From NCBI RefSeq assembly GCF_004010195.1, contig NC_057718.1, positions 95,769,147-95,833,146 of the forward strand: a DNA stretch of 64,000 nucleotides, given 5' to 3'. This DNA is from Chiloscyllium plagiosum (Eukaryota). Shown here in pieces: positions 1-12,524 of this stretch. The position numbers and the translations under genes are program-made. Numbering within the stretch: the first letter of the stretch is position 1; every line of letters begins with the position of its first letter. Below the pieces are notes generated by a model. It had not been told where the DNA came from. It made no database searches and saw only the letters and a program-made list of their open reading frames with translations.

Positions 1-608
1 TATTGAGTACAGGAGTTGGGAGGTCATGTTGTGGCTGTACAGCACATTGGTTAGGCTACTGTTGGAATATTGCATGCAATTCTGGTCTCCTTCCTATCGG
101 AAAGATGTTATGAAACTTGAAAGAGTTCAGAAAAGATTTACAAGGATGTTGCCAGGGTTGGAGGATCTGAGGTACAGGGAGAGGCTGAACAGGCTGGGGC
201 TGTTTTCCCTGGAGCGTCGGAGGCTGAGGGGTGACCTTATAGAGGTTTACAAAATTATGAGGGACATGGATAGGATATATAGGCAAAGTCTTTTCCCTGG
301 GGTCAGGGAGTCCAGAACTAGAGGGCATAGGTTTAGGGTGAGAGGGGAAAGATATAAAAGAGACCTAAGGGGCAACATTTCACGCAGAAGGTGGTACGTG
401 TATGGAATGAGCTGCCAGAGGATGTGGTGGAGGCTGGTACAATTGCAACATTTAAGAGGATGGGTATATGAATAGGAAGGGTTTGGAGGGATATGGGCCG
501 GGTGCTGGCAAGTGGGACTAGATTGGGTTGGGATATCTGGTCGGCATGGACGGGTTGGATCGAAGGGTCTGTTTCCATGCTGTACATCTCTATGTCTCTA
601 TATCTCTA
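1..608 (+). mobile_element. CR1 LINE (HER1-like) 3' fragment, runs off window start
   Basis: ORF 26..475 has CR1 ORF2 C-terminal motifs (LEYCMQFWSP, LERVQKRFTRMLPG, LFSLERRRLRGDLIEVYKI); short 3' UTR ends in tctcta-type repeats. Confidence 0.92.
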
Positions 609-896
609 ATATTTGTTTATATTCACCCAATTAATAACTGTAAAAGTAGCTTTTATAATTTTTATAGTAACTTTTATACAGCATGTCAAACAATGTGCTA
701 TCTGTATTGATTCCAGAACAGAACCCCAAATTGATGTTACAATCTGGCTAGAGTACAGTAACTTTTTTGTTTAAGATGGACAACGTGTGATATCCAGGTC
801 CAGACTGAGAGAATAAAGGCGCAAGATTTCATGGCATTGAGCAAACAAAAGTGAACCTTGCTGCAGAAAATTAGCATACAAGCTACAGCGTACAGA

Positions 897-1110
897 ATAA
901 AACCTGAAAAAACTGCGGATGCTGTAAATCAGAAACAAAAACAGAAGTTGCTGTAAAAGCTCAGCAGGTCTGGCAGCATCTGTGAAGAAAATCAGAGTTA
1001 TCATTTCAGGTTGAGTGACCCTCAGAGTAGTCCTGAGGAAGGGTTACTCGACCCGAAACGTTAACTCTGATTTCTCCCCACAAATGCTTTTCCAGCAATT
1101 TCTGCTTTTA
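897..1110. mobile_element. PLE pseudo-LTR foldback element (family A) with hammerhead-like core at 1033-1062 (+)
   Basis: Inverted arms; ctgaggaagggttactcgacccgaaacgtt; degenerate flanking duplication ctacagcgtacaga (883-896) / ctacaatatacaga (1111-1124). Confidence 0.75.
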
Positions 1111-1368
1111 CTACAATATACAGATGTAAGTTATACTCCAACATTGCAGAATTAAACTGAGGAAAAGATGGGTTACAGACAAGCTGGTCAAACATCCTAC
1201 TGTACATTTAAGATAACAAATGCCATCATGACAGACCCCATGGATTTCTCAAGAAGCCCACTCTGCATCCATATTATAAAAAGGTGCAGAGATAGTAGAG
1301 AGGCTGTCAAGAGGACTTGCACAGTAATGAGAAGGAAAGGAGTGACATACCAAATCTGTTTTCTCTAT

Positions 1369-1694
1369 GGGCAGCACAGTGGCTCAGTGGTGAGTACTGC
1401 TACCTCACAGCGCCAGGGTCCCAGGTTCGCTTCCCGCCTTGGGCGACTGTGTGGAGTTTGCACATTCTCCTCATGTCTGTGTGGGTTTCCTCTCGGTGCT
1501 CTGGTTTCCTCCCACAATCCAAAAATGTGCAGGTCAGGTGAATTGGCCATGCTAAATTGCCCATAGTGTTAGGTATGTTAGTCAGGGGTAAATATAGGAT
1601 AGGGGAATGGGTCTGGGTGGGGTACTCTTTTGAGGGTCAATGTGGACTTATTGGGCTGAGGGCCTGTTTCCACACCGTAAGGAATCTAATCTAA
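1369..1694 (+). mobile_element. HE1-like tRNA-derived SINE
   Basis: A box tggctcagtgg, B box ggttcgcttcc, central ggtttcctcccaca core, CR1-like tail gggcctgtttccacac ending in aatct repeats. Confidence 0.9.
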
Positions 1695-1796
1695 TACTGT
1701 GGGTCATTTAATCTCATTAAAACCTTAAAAAGGATTCACCTTTTTGAATAGCCAGGTTTGGAGCTCCTTGAAAAACCTGTGTCAAGACTGCTCATA

Positions 1797-2690
1797 GTAC
1801 GACACTAAAGTCAGTGGAGTAGTGGACAGTTTGGAAGAATGTTACAGGTTGCTGGGAACTTGGATCAACTGCAAAATTGGGCTGAGAGGTGGCAAATGGA
1901 GTTCAATGTAGCTAAATGTGAGGTGATGCACTTTGGGAAGAATAACAGGAAGGCAGAGTACTGGGTCAATGGAAAGATTCTTGGTAGTGTGGATGTGCGG
2001 AGGGATCTTGGAGTCCATGTACATAGACCCCTGAAAGTTGCCACCCAGGTTGATAGTGCTGTTAGGAAGGCATACGGTGTGTTAGGTTTCATTGGAAGAG
2101 GGATTGAGTTCCGAAGCCACAATATCATGCTGCAACTATACAAAATGGTAGTGCGGCCACATTTGGAATATTGTGTACAGTCCTGGTCTCCATATTTCCG
2201 GAAGGCTGTGGAAGCATTGGAAAAAGTACAGAGAAGATTTACCAGGATGTGGCCTGGTCTGGAGGGAAGGTCTTATGAGGAAAGGCTGAGTGACTTGAAC
2301 CTGTTCTCATTGGCAAGAAGAAGGCTAAGAGGGGATTTGATAGAGACATACAAGTTGACCAGAGGATTAGGTAGGGTAGACAGTGAAAGTCTTTTTCCTA
2401 TTATGATGATGTCAGCGTGTATGAGGGGCATAACTACAAATTGAAGGGTGATAGATTTAAGACAGATGTCAGAGCCAGGTTCTTTACTCAGAGAGTGGTA
2501 AGGGCATGGAATGCCCTACCTGCTAATGTAGTCAACTCAGCCACATTAGGGAGATTTAAACAATCCTTAGATAAGCACATGGGAGGATAATGGGATAGTG
2601 TAGGGGGAACGAGCTGAGAATAGTTCACAGGTCGGCACAACATCGAGGGCCGAAGGGCCTGTTCTGCGCTGTATTGTTCTATGTTCTAGG
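1797..2690 (+). mobile_element. CR1 LINE 3' fragment (tgttcta-tailed subfamily)
   Basis: ORF 1839..2444: WQMEFNVAKCEVMHFG, RDLGVHV, VRPHLEYCVQSWSP, RRRLRGDLIETYK; tail tattgttctatgttcta. Confidence 0.93.
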
Positions 2691-3071
2691 TTCTACGGTA
2701 GTTCTTTTTCTTTTCTTGTGTCTATGATCCTCTGCAGCCCAACCCTTACACATAGCTCCAGTATTTCACAGTCAGTTGGCTAAATCACTGCAGAACTGCC
2801 ACTGGGCAGACTTCTTGAGCTGTAATTTTGCTCATCTGTACAAACTGATACAGCTTATGGGCTTTGCCACATCCCTACTGTCAGCTGTACTGAAGTATCA
2901 ATAGCTTGTAGTTTTCACATCTCACGACTTCTCAGACTTTCCTGCACCTTCACTCCAACACTGAACTCCATTTCCTGGCTTCTCGGATTTCGCCTGGGTC
3001 CTAACTGCACAGAGCAACCCCTGAATCTCTCCCTGAACACCAAATATACAGTAGGCTTCCCAGCAACAAAG

Positions 3072-3388
3072 CTGTTGGGGAAGTCCAGAACTAGGGATGG
3101 TAGTCTAAGAATAAGGGATAAGCCATTCCGGACTGAGATGAGGAAGAATTTCTTCACTCGGAAAGTTGTGAGCTTGTGGAATTCTGTCCTATAGGAAGCT
3201 GCTTGGGTCAATTCATTAGATATATTCAAGAAGCTCGATGTAGCCCTTATGGCTAAAGGGATCGGAGTATGGGGAGAGGACGGGAATGGGGTATTGAGAT
3301 TGCGTGATCAGCCATGACCATATTGAATGGTAGTGTGTTCTCAAAGGGCCGAATGGCCTATTCCTGCACCTATTTTCTAAGTTTCTAT
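3072..3388 (+). mobile_element. CR1 LINE 3' end
   Basis: actgagatgaggaagaatttcttcactcggaaagttgtgagcttgtggaattc (TEMRKNFFTRKVVSLWNS) plus 3' UTR gggccgaatggcctattcctg. Confidence 0.82.
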
Positions 3389-3878
3389 CGTTAACGGCAG
3401 TACTTTCCTGCATAGGGCCTACTTCTGGCTGTCACTCTCTCACTCTCCAATTGCTTGTAATCTTCAAACTGTTCTATAGTGACTTGTGAACTGTTTTGAG
3501 TAATCTATCAAAACCTCAGAAAAAAATATAGCAGCTCACTGGAACTCAAAAATAGCAATTCCCTTGGAGCTATCTGTCCTCTGAGTGTTATAATGTTCAC
3601 AGCTTGTTGATTTACACAGTACAAATTGCTTGCAACAATAAGAAGATTTCAACACATACAACAGGAAATCAAGCCTCTGGTTCTGATGAAGGGCAATGCT
3701 AACATTTATTTTTCATTTACAGATGAACTGAGTGTGACCTGACCTGTCGAGTGGGTTTTGGTGTATTTGAATTTTTAGCTGAGTTTTTCAGCATTTCCGG
3801 TGCTGAGGTTTAAAATGAAGATTTAAAACTCGAGAACAAGAAACTAAGTTCCTTTCATTTGGCTTTTAGACCATCGAT

Positions 3879-4480
3879 CATAGAACATTACAGTGCAGTA
3901 CAGGCCCTTTGGCCCTCGATGTTGTGCAGGCCTGTGGAACCAGTCTGAAGCCCATCTAACCTACACTATTCCATTCTCGTCTATATGCCTATCCAATGAC
4001 CATTTAAATGCCCTTAAAGTTGGCAAGTCTACTAAGGAGAAGGAGGTGTGTCCTGTGGTGGAACTGGTCCTCCTGGGAACAGATGTGGCGGAGGCAGAGG
4101 AGTTGGGAATAAGGGATAACATTTTTACAGGAGGAGGATGGGAGGATGTGCGAGGAGGGAGTCAGTGGGTTTGTAGAAGATGTCAGTGTTGAGTTGGTCA
4201 TCTTGATGGAGATGGAGAGATCCAGGAAGGGGAGGGAGGTGTCAGTGATTTTCCAGGTGACTTGAAGGTCGGGGTGGAATGTGTTGGTGAAGTTGAAGAA
4301 CTGTTCAACCTCCTCGTGGGAGCACGAGGGAGTCAGTCACCATTGATGGAGATGGAGAGGTCCAGGAAGGGGAGGGAGGTGTCTGAGATGGTCCAGGTGA
4401 ACTTAAGGTCTGTTGCAGGCAGGGCTTTCCACACCCCTACTACCTCTGACATCTGTCCTATATCTATCACCCCTCAATTT
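3879..4480 (-). mobile_element. CR1 3' end interrupted by a PLE RT fragment
   Basis: catagaaca tail at 3879; CR1 sequence stops near 4033 and resumes near 4410 (tgttgcaggcagggctttccac). Confidence 0.8.
4034..4409 (-). mobile_element. Penelope-like RT fragment, with internal partial duplication
   Basis: Minus strand reads DLKFTWTISDTSLPFLDLSISI, FYKPTD and SCKNVIPYSQLLCLRHICSQEDQF, the PLE RT domain 6/7 and thumb motifs. Confidence 0.82.
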
Positions 4481-4594
4481 ATTATGTTGCACCGATGCTA
4501 CAGTGGGCATGCTTGCACAGCCAGTGACAATAACAGCCAAAGGGCCTGTACTGCGCAAATGTGATGCCTTAGAATGTTGACCCAGATCTTCAGT

Positions 4595-5140
4595 TTTTAT
4601 TTTATTCATTCATGGGATGTGAGCATTGCTGGCTAGCTAGCATTTCTTGACAGTCCTTGACTGTCCCAAGAAGGTGTGGTCAGCTGCCTTCTTGAACTAT
4701 GACAGTCTATTCGGTGTAGGTGCTGTTAGGGAGAAAGCTCCAAGATTTTGACCAGGCGACACTGAAGGAGCAGTGATATATTTCCTGGTCAGGTTGGTGA
4801 TTGGCTTGGAAGGGTACATGCAGGTGCTGGTTTTCCAGATACCTACTGCCCTTGTCCTTCATGATGGTGGTTGTTGTGGATTTGGAAGCAAGTATTGATG
4901 AATTTCTGCACCTTGTAGTTGCTGCTACTGAGCTTCGGTGGTGGAGGGAGTGAATGATTATCGATGTCGTGCAATCAAGCAGACTGTTTTTCTTCAGTGT
5001 TCTTGGAACTGCAACCATCCAGGCAAGTGGGGAGTATTCCATCACATTGCTGACTTGTGCCTTGTTGGTGCTGGACAGGCTTTGGGGAGTCAGGAGGTGA
5101 ACTAGTCGCCACAGAATTCTTAACCTTGTAGCCACAGCAT
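4595..5140 (-). mobile_element. CR1-group (L2/Crack-like) LINE 3' fragment
   Basis: KAQVSNVMEYSPLAW and HSLHHRSSVAA; same family and 3' end as 7903-8730. Confidence 0.7.
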
Positions 5141-5256
5141 TTAGGAGAGTAGGAGGTAGTAATTGCAGCAGCACAGAGAAGAGTTTTATGTTGGGATCCA
5201 ATGGAATTCCTGGTGGCAACTGACTCCATGGGAATTACCTGGGAAAATGAAACAGC

Positions 5257-5600
5257 CTGGCTCAGTGGTTAGCACTGCTGCCTCATACAGCCAGGGACCC
5301 GGGTACGATTCCAGCCTCGGACAACTGCCTGTGTGGAGTTTGCATATTATCCCCGTGTCCCCGTTTCCTCTGGGTGCTCCAGTTTCCTCTCATAATCCAA
5401 AGATGTGCAGTTTAGTTGAATTGGCCATGCTAAATTGCCCAGTGTCCAGGGATGTGTAGGTTAGGATGTGTATAACCTACACATCACTAATGTGTAGCGT
5501 GGTAGGCTAAGGGAATGGGTCTGGGTGTATTGCTCTTCAGAGGATCGGTGTTGGGCCAAATGGCCAGTTTCCACACTGTCGGGATGCTATGACTTCTATG
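5257..5600 (+). mobile_element. HE1-like SINE
   Basis: tggctcagtggttagcactgctgcctc head, V-SINE-type core, tttccacactg tail. Confidence 0.88.
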
Positions 5601-5899
5601 GGCACTTATCCAGTTTCCAGAACTGTCCAAAAAATTTCCTCAAGTCTGAGTCAGAAGCAAAGATTTTGGAGAGTTTCAATTTTTCTATACTAAATAGTTA
5701 AGCCAGGAAGGTTTACAGGAATTATAACCTACTCGAACTCCTCAGTAACTATAAAACTGAACCCCAACTCCCTCCCCCCACACCAAAAGTCATTACGAAA
5801 CTCCCTACCTCTCCCACCTCCCTATTCACAGCACCCCACCGACCACAGACGTGAACTCACCCCTGACTCCCATCTTCCTTAGTCCTTCCCTAACCCTGC

Positions 5900-6110
5900 A
5901 AATTCATTGCCACAGAAGGCTGAGGAGACCGGGTCATTGAGTATATTGAAGACTGTGATTGATAGGTTTTTAAGTATCGAGGGGACCAAGGGTTATGGGA
6001 AGAAAGCAGGAGAACGGGGTTGAGAAACTTATCAGCCATGATTGAATGGTGAAGCAGACTCAATGGGCTGAATGGCCTAATTTCTGCTCCTATGTCTTAC
6101 AGTCTTATGG
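5900..6110 (+). mobile_element. CR1 3' end
   Basis: aattcattgccacagaaggctgaggag...gggctgaatggcctaatttctgctcctatgtct. Confidence 0.72.
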
Positions 6111-6183
6111 AACCCCACATTTGCCATTGACCTACACCTCCTCAGCTGAACTCCATTTACCTGAATCATTGCCCCAACTCCCC

Positions 6184-6480
6184 ATGGTGGCTCAGTGGTT
6201 AGCACTGCAGCCTCACAGCACCAGCGTCCCAGGTTCAATTTCGGCCTCGGGTGACTGTCTGTGTGGAGTTTGCACATTCTCTCTGCGTGGGTTTCCTCCG
6301 GCTACTCCGGTTTCCTCCCATAGTCCAAAGATGTCCAGGTTTCGGTGAATTGGCCTTGCTAGATTGCCCATAGTGTTAGGTACTTTAGTCAGAGGGAATT
6401 GGGTCTGGGCGGGTTACTCTTCGGAGGGTCGGTGTGGACTTGTTGAGCCGAAGGGCCAGTTTCCACACTGTAGGGAATCA
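6184..6480 (+). mobile_element. HE1-like SINE
   Basis: A and B boxes, core and tail as in the other copies. Confidence 0.88.
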
Positions 6481-7902
6481 AAAAACCCTACAACATGCCC
6501 AAAACCTGCCACCCACTCCCACTTTGACTCAACTCCATTGGCGTGGCAGAATAACCTTAGCTGACCTTCCTACCTGCTGCCTGTATCCACTCTGTCCTTA
6601 GCACTATCAGCAGGGGAGCCAACCCTTACAATGTGACAAGTTGGCATGAGAAACAATGTAGTGGAAGCTGCAGTTGATTTGCGATCATTGCTAATTATAA
6701 TTGAACCCAGATGTACTATTAATCACAATGAAGAAAGGTGGTAATAGAGAAAAGAAAGAGCAAGGTATATTCATTCCGAACGGATCCTTATTGGAACATG
6801 CAAGAAAAGGATGAATGGAAGTATAAAGACCAGAAACTCTTAAGCCTGTGCATGAAATCCAATTTAGGTAAAAGGGAAGGGATGGAGGGACATTCAAACA
6901 GGTATTGTCTTACAAAACGCTTTGCACCCAGATCCTTTTCTTTCTTTAACTAGGTGGGGAAAAAAAAGACAAGACCACCCACTTTGAACAGCCATCTCAT
7001 TTTCTGCGCTCTTTTTACTGATGTAATCCTACAGATGTAGGATAAAAGTGACTGTGAAAGTGAAAAAAAAGAGGCTTTGTTTGCACTGCTGTCAACCCCA
7101 GCCTCCTTCACAGATGCTGTAAATGAAGGAAGTGAACATTAATGCTTTACGATAGCTTTTAGTCTAATTGAGCTGTGTGTAGGTACCAACTGGACATGAG
7201 TCTTCAGTGGTTAGGTTAATGCCTCTTGTAGACTTTGCTATAGATTATCTGACCTTCTTATCACAAGTGCCCTTCTCTCTGGATCAGGATCACAGTAAAC
7301 GTTGTTTTGAAATCCTTTATAAAATGACTAATGAAAGCTTTACTGAAGGAACATCCGTTATATGTCTTTTAACATGGAAATATTACTTGGGAGGAATAAA
7401 CTGGCCTGTTGTTACTGAAAGTCCTAGTTTTCTCTCATCTAGACTTTCATCGGTGAGAACTACGATAATACCAATGTCGGGAAAGAATGTGTGACTTTGC
7501 TGAAGTTTACCAAACATTTACTGATAGGGGTGTTAGAGAAGATTTGCAGCTGGATCTTGACTGTGTTCTTTTATAGTTCACACACGATTGAAATTTTTGG
7601 AACATTTGAAGTGCTCTGAAGTGAAGAGACAATTGATATTAATGGGAATATAGTTTTACTTCCCTCATGGCATTTTTATAATCACATCAAGCCTGCAGGT
7701 TCCATATCAGTATTAAAATCTGGAGCTTTGTTTGCATAGTAACATGGAACAGATTTAATTCAGCGCAACTAACCAAGTCTGCACCTCATAGGAATATTGC
7801 AAATGCTGTTTTTGCAGTGCTCCTTTCTTTGAGAACATAGAAAAATATTCATGTCCTCCTGCAAACAGCACCTGCTGTTTGGGAGAATTAGTTGCATTTT
7901 GT

Positions 7903-8730
7903 TTTTATTTATCATTTGCGGGATATGGGCATCACTGGCTGGCCAGCATTTACTACCTGTCCCTAGTTGCCCTTGTAAAGGTGGTGGTGAGCTGCCTTCT
8001 TGAACCACTGCAGTCCACATGCTGTGGGTTGACGTATTCCCTGAGAGAGGGAATTCCAGGATTTTGACCCAGTGATAGTGAAGGAACAACGATGTATTTC
8101 CAAGTCAGGGTGGTGAGTGAGTCCTTTGGAGGGGAACTTGCAGGGAATGGTGTTCCCAATTATCTGTTGCCTTTGTCCTTCTAGATGGAAGTGGTCGTGA
8201 GTTTGGAAGGTGCTGTCTGAGGATCTTTGGTGAATTTCTGTAATGCATCTTGTAGATGGTACAGACTGCTGCTACTGAGCGTCGATGGTGGAGAGAGTGG
8301 ATGCTTGTGGATGTGGTGTCAATCAAGTGGGTGGCTTTGTCCTGGATGGTGGCAAACATCTTGAGTGTTGTGGGACTCTACTCGTCCAGGCAAGTGGGGA
8401 GTATTCCATCACACTCCTGACTTGTGCCTTGTAGATGGCAGACACAGGCTTTGGGGAGTCAGGAGGTGAGTTACTTGCTGCATTACCCCTAGTCTCTGAC
8501 CTGCTCTTGTAGCTACTGTGTTGATGTGGTGAGTCCAATTGAGTTTCTGGTCAATGATAACCCCCAGGATGTTGATAGTGGAGGTTCAGTGACAGCATTG
8601 ATTGTCAAGGGTGGTGGTTAGATTGTCTCTTATTGGTGATGGTCACAGCTTGGCATATGTCTGGCACAAATGTTACTTGCCACTTGTCAGCCGAAGCCTG
8701 GATATTGTCTGGATCTTGTCAGATTTGACG
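7903..8730 (-). mobile_element. CR1-group (L2/Crack-like) LINE 3' fragment
   Basis: Frameshifted minus-strand peptides AIYKAQVRSVMEYSPLAW and IQDKATHLI..HSLHHRRSVAAVCTIYKMH; A-rich 3' end. Confidence 0.75.
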
Positions 8731-9589
8731 TTTTGGGTCAGTCTGCTGGAATGGTCATGATTACATGAGGAGGTGCCAAATTACAGAAAGCCTGAGTTTT
8801 ACTAAAGCTGGTTCTATAGGTGTCTATTCATGGTGGCTCCATCCTCTTGTCCTGTTAGCTAACAGGCTTTATGTGTAGATTTTGGTGTCCATTTGTAATT
8901 GGAGTTGAGACAATCACTGCTTGTTAAAAGTTAGAAGTGCCCATTGAAAATTAAGTTAGATTACTTTGTTAATTTAAATTGATAAATCACAGAGGCTTTC
9001 TGACGGTCGAGCACGATATTAATTGTGTACTGTCTAATGGCCAAACTATATTTTGAGTAAACTTCTGCAACCCAAATACATGTTTCTTATGGAACGTGTA
9101 ACCTTTCAGTTTTCAAAAAATATATTTGCATTGAGAGAAGTCTGAGTGAGTCCACTGTAGGTGACTTCTTACTAGACACATCCCACACCCTCAACTTTCC
9201 TTCCCTCGTCTTCTTGGTAGAGAAATGTATCCAATTCTGAAACATTTCTTTGCAACCCCTTAATGTCAGTTTACCAAATAAATAAATAGATGTCAGGTCT
9301 AGAGGAAATGTAAAAGGCAGGAAAGAACTACTGCCTGTACATGCTGTCTGAAATATTATGAGGGGCGATTATGATCTAAAATAGTTGCATTCAGTATGGT
9401 GTAAAGACAGAAAAGGTTGCAAATGCTCAGCAGGTCTGGCAGCAAGTGCAGAAGGCTAGTAACAGAGTCAATGGGCTGAATGCTCCCATATTTTTTCTGA
9501 GTAGCATTTTCACTGAGTCTCATGAAGAGATTTCTCCTGCAACCATCCTGAAATCACCTCAGTAATTATCTACCATGTCTTTAAGGTGG

Positions 9590-10600
9590 TTCTCCTCTCC
9601 AATGCTAGCCCAACTCTCCCAATCACCAGAGATGGCCATACACACCACTGCTGGGATATTTCAGGATATACTGACGTTCCTGGCATGCTGCCATATTTGA
9701 TAGGCTGGCAGTCCAGATCTGCCCTATACAGTTGAAGATATTTGCCCCAGATATTGCAGTCATGTTCCCTGCCAGCCTGATCTGAGGTCACTACCATGGC
9801 CAGTGTTGTGTCCACAGTCTGGAAAACAGCCAGCAAGGAACAGGATCAATGGCCTTCTCAGGATAAGTGCCTCTGTCTGCTCTTTGGTACCTCACGCTCA
9901 CTCAATCTCTGCGACTGCATGCACGTCCACCAAGGATCATGCTGTACCACTCCTATTGTTACAAGCAATGTCCTCGCTCCTTCACTTTGCCCCACCCAAT
10001 CTCCTCCCACCACCATTGTCCCCTGCACGGCTTACTCACTCTCTTGGGAAACCTCCCCAATCTCCCCCACCAGTACCAATAGCTGTGCTGCCCAACCTTA
10101 TCTCACTCAATCACTCCCTTTCTTCCATTACAGAAGAAGATGGCCCATAGCAAGGGGGAGAGGGCCAGGACGGGTGGTGGGGTGATGGATGTTCATCTCC
10201 TTGTCCTGTCTGAGGAGACCACCTTGACCATTGTAGTTGAAGACGTACAGAGAAGCAGAAACCTCCATGTCCCGGAAACTGAGAAGCATTTTTGTTGATG
10301 TGTGTTATTATCTCCACTGTGTGTTTATTGTTGAAATGCCTTAACTGCTGCTCCCTTTTGCTTCCAGCAGGCACCAGTGGGATGTCCACGTTGTCAAGTG
10401 GCCCATCCTACAGGGCCTTCCCAGAAGTCTTTGGACAGGATATACTCAGCGCGACAGGGCCTTCCAGGTGCAAAAGCCCTCCAGGGTCACCCAACCAAAC
10501 CTCAAAGGTCATTGGACTCCAGTGTAGGGCAGGCTCCCTCTATCTGAGCTGTGGAACCCATAAAAGCACTGGGACGAAGTGGGTGGGTGAAGATTAATGA
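9590..10600 (+). pseudogene. Decayed Harbinger/PIF transposon Myb/SANT (NAIF1-like) accessory gene with introns
   Basis: PA*SEVTTMASVVSTVWKTA, frameshift, ARNRINGLLR ending 9862 (degenerate donor ataagt); polypyrimidine-cag acceptor at 10133 then KKMAHSKGERARTGGGVMDVHLLVLSEETTL. Outer boundaries are guesses. Confidence 0.6.
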
Positions 10601-11461
10601 AGACTTTCTGAGGGCATGTCAGTGGCACTGGTGATGTGCCAGTGTAAAAAAGTGTTCATATTTGTAGACGTATGTTCACTTTTCACCATCAGCTCAGTGT
10701 GTGAGTCTTTGTCTAGCCGCAGTTGTAACAGCGAAGATACGGGACCTATGCATTCTTAGGGCTACAGAATGTTTGATGGCCCAGGGAGTGAAGTGAACAG
10801 CTCCTGCACCATATGCAGGCCGTGGCTGAATCACAAGTGATTGCTACTTTGGCAAACTAGGCTCCAACATTCCAGGTAGACAATTATTGTTATAGCACCA
10901 CAGGCATCCATGGGATTTATCCATTAGTTGCGTATGTTCAGGAGGGCTTGTGGCAAGGATTTGAACTGCCCGCTGTAGGTTAACTCCTAAGGTTTGAGAA
11001 ACGTAAGTGGGTTGTGGGTAAATTTCAGCTTCAGTGTAAAGGTATCGCTGTAATGGTGTTGAATGGGCTCACGGCTTAAAAATGAAGACCCCTTCATCAC
11101 AGAATAAAACACAAATTCCACCCTCTTTGGGAGTGGTCACCGCCATTTCCAGCTCCATTGTGCACTTGTTATTTACGGCATGATGGAAGGAAACAATGTC
11201 ACTCCTTGAGCAATGAGTCTCAGGCTTCTCTTCTCCACCTTAGTGAACCTGCAAATGTGAAAATAAGCATCAAATGTAAACGTTCTGCCCTTCCTGTCAA
11301 CCTCAAATCCCCACCCAATCCATGTCAATAAGTCTTCACCTGTCCACTTTACCACCTCAGCCTCGGCATGTCAAATAAAGATGTCTGATGTGCTAGTGTA
11401 CGGTTCTCTTTCTGCACCACCTCCCTCCTCCACACCCCATGGAAGCTGGGTCTGGTTGCGT

Positions 11462-11700
11462 TGGTCGCCCACTGGCCCCATTGATCCTTTTCCCTCCAAG
11501 TGGTCACCCACTGCTCCCATGATCCTTTTCCTTCCAAGTGGTCACCCACTGCTCCCATGATCCTTTTCCCTCCAAGTGGTCACCCACTGCTCCCCCGAAC
11601 CCTTTCTCTCCATTGATCACCCACTGCTCCCCATGACCATTTTCTGTCCAATTGAACACCTACTGCTCCCCACAACCAATTTCCCTTCAATTGGTCACCT
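11462..11700 (+). repeat. ~38-bp minisatellite, ~6 copies, degrading rightwards
   Basis: Unit tggtcacccactgctcccatgatccttttccctccaag. Confidence 0.9.
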
Positions 11701-12524
11701 CCCCTAACCCTGCATAACCCCCTTTCCCTCCCAGGCTCTATTACATCCCCCCCACCTTGTATATTGAGATGCTCTCCTTCACTATTGCAAGCCCCTCTGC
11801 ATTCCACAATTCTTAACTTCACTCTAAACACATGCTGAGCATAATGTTTCCAACCATTTACAATCATGTCCAATCTTCAGTCAAAGCCATTATGAATCTA
11901 GAGTGTCAACTCCGAGATATGAAGCCTTAGGAATATCGTTTCAGTAAGTGAGCCTGTGTTTAGTGGCTACCTTACCTTAAATTTCTCTTTCCAAGCCTTT
12001 GTGCTCCTACTTTCTTGCACCTGGGCGTATTTCTGTTTGTCTATATATTGAATCACACCTCCAGGGGGTCTTTCAACCATTCTGATATTGAAAGTGAAGC
12101 ATAAAATGTCTCAGGTAACTTGCCAGAAAAATTCTCACATACCTACACTGGAGATAAACCTAAAGGATAAGGCAATGTTGCTATACCTGCGCTGTACTGC
12201 AAATGTATACTATAGGAGAGAACTGATTGTGTAATATTATATCTTTGGGAAGGCTATGTGCCAGCAAGCAATCAAACATTATGAAAAGTGCAGTGAGAAA
12301 CATTGCAGTGTCCGTAAAAAACTGCAGTTGACAGTATCTGGAAAGGTCTGAAGGAACTTTCCAAAGACACAAGTCTCTGAAATTTAATGAAAATGATAAG
12401 TGACAGCCTGTTATCTATTACGATGATCAGTGTCCCTCTTAGGTAACTTGTTGTGGTTGCCAGCATGAGTTTAATAATCTTTAACTTCTATTTTAAACAT
12501 TCAGTAAGTCAGATATCATAGATA

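Noticed and set aside
1369..1440. tRNA genes at SINE heads
   Set aside because: A and B boxes run straight into the SINE body and tail; no complete cloverleaf.
3683..3710. ctgatgaagggc as a hammerhead
   Set aside because: Lacks the helix II partner and GAAA; degenerate pLTR remnant only.
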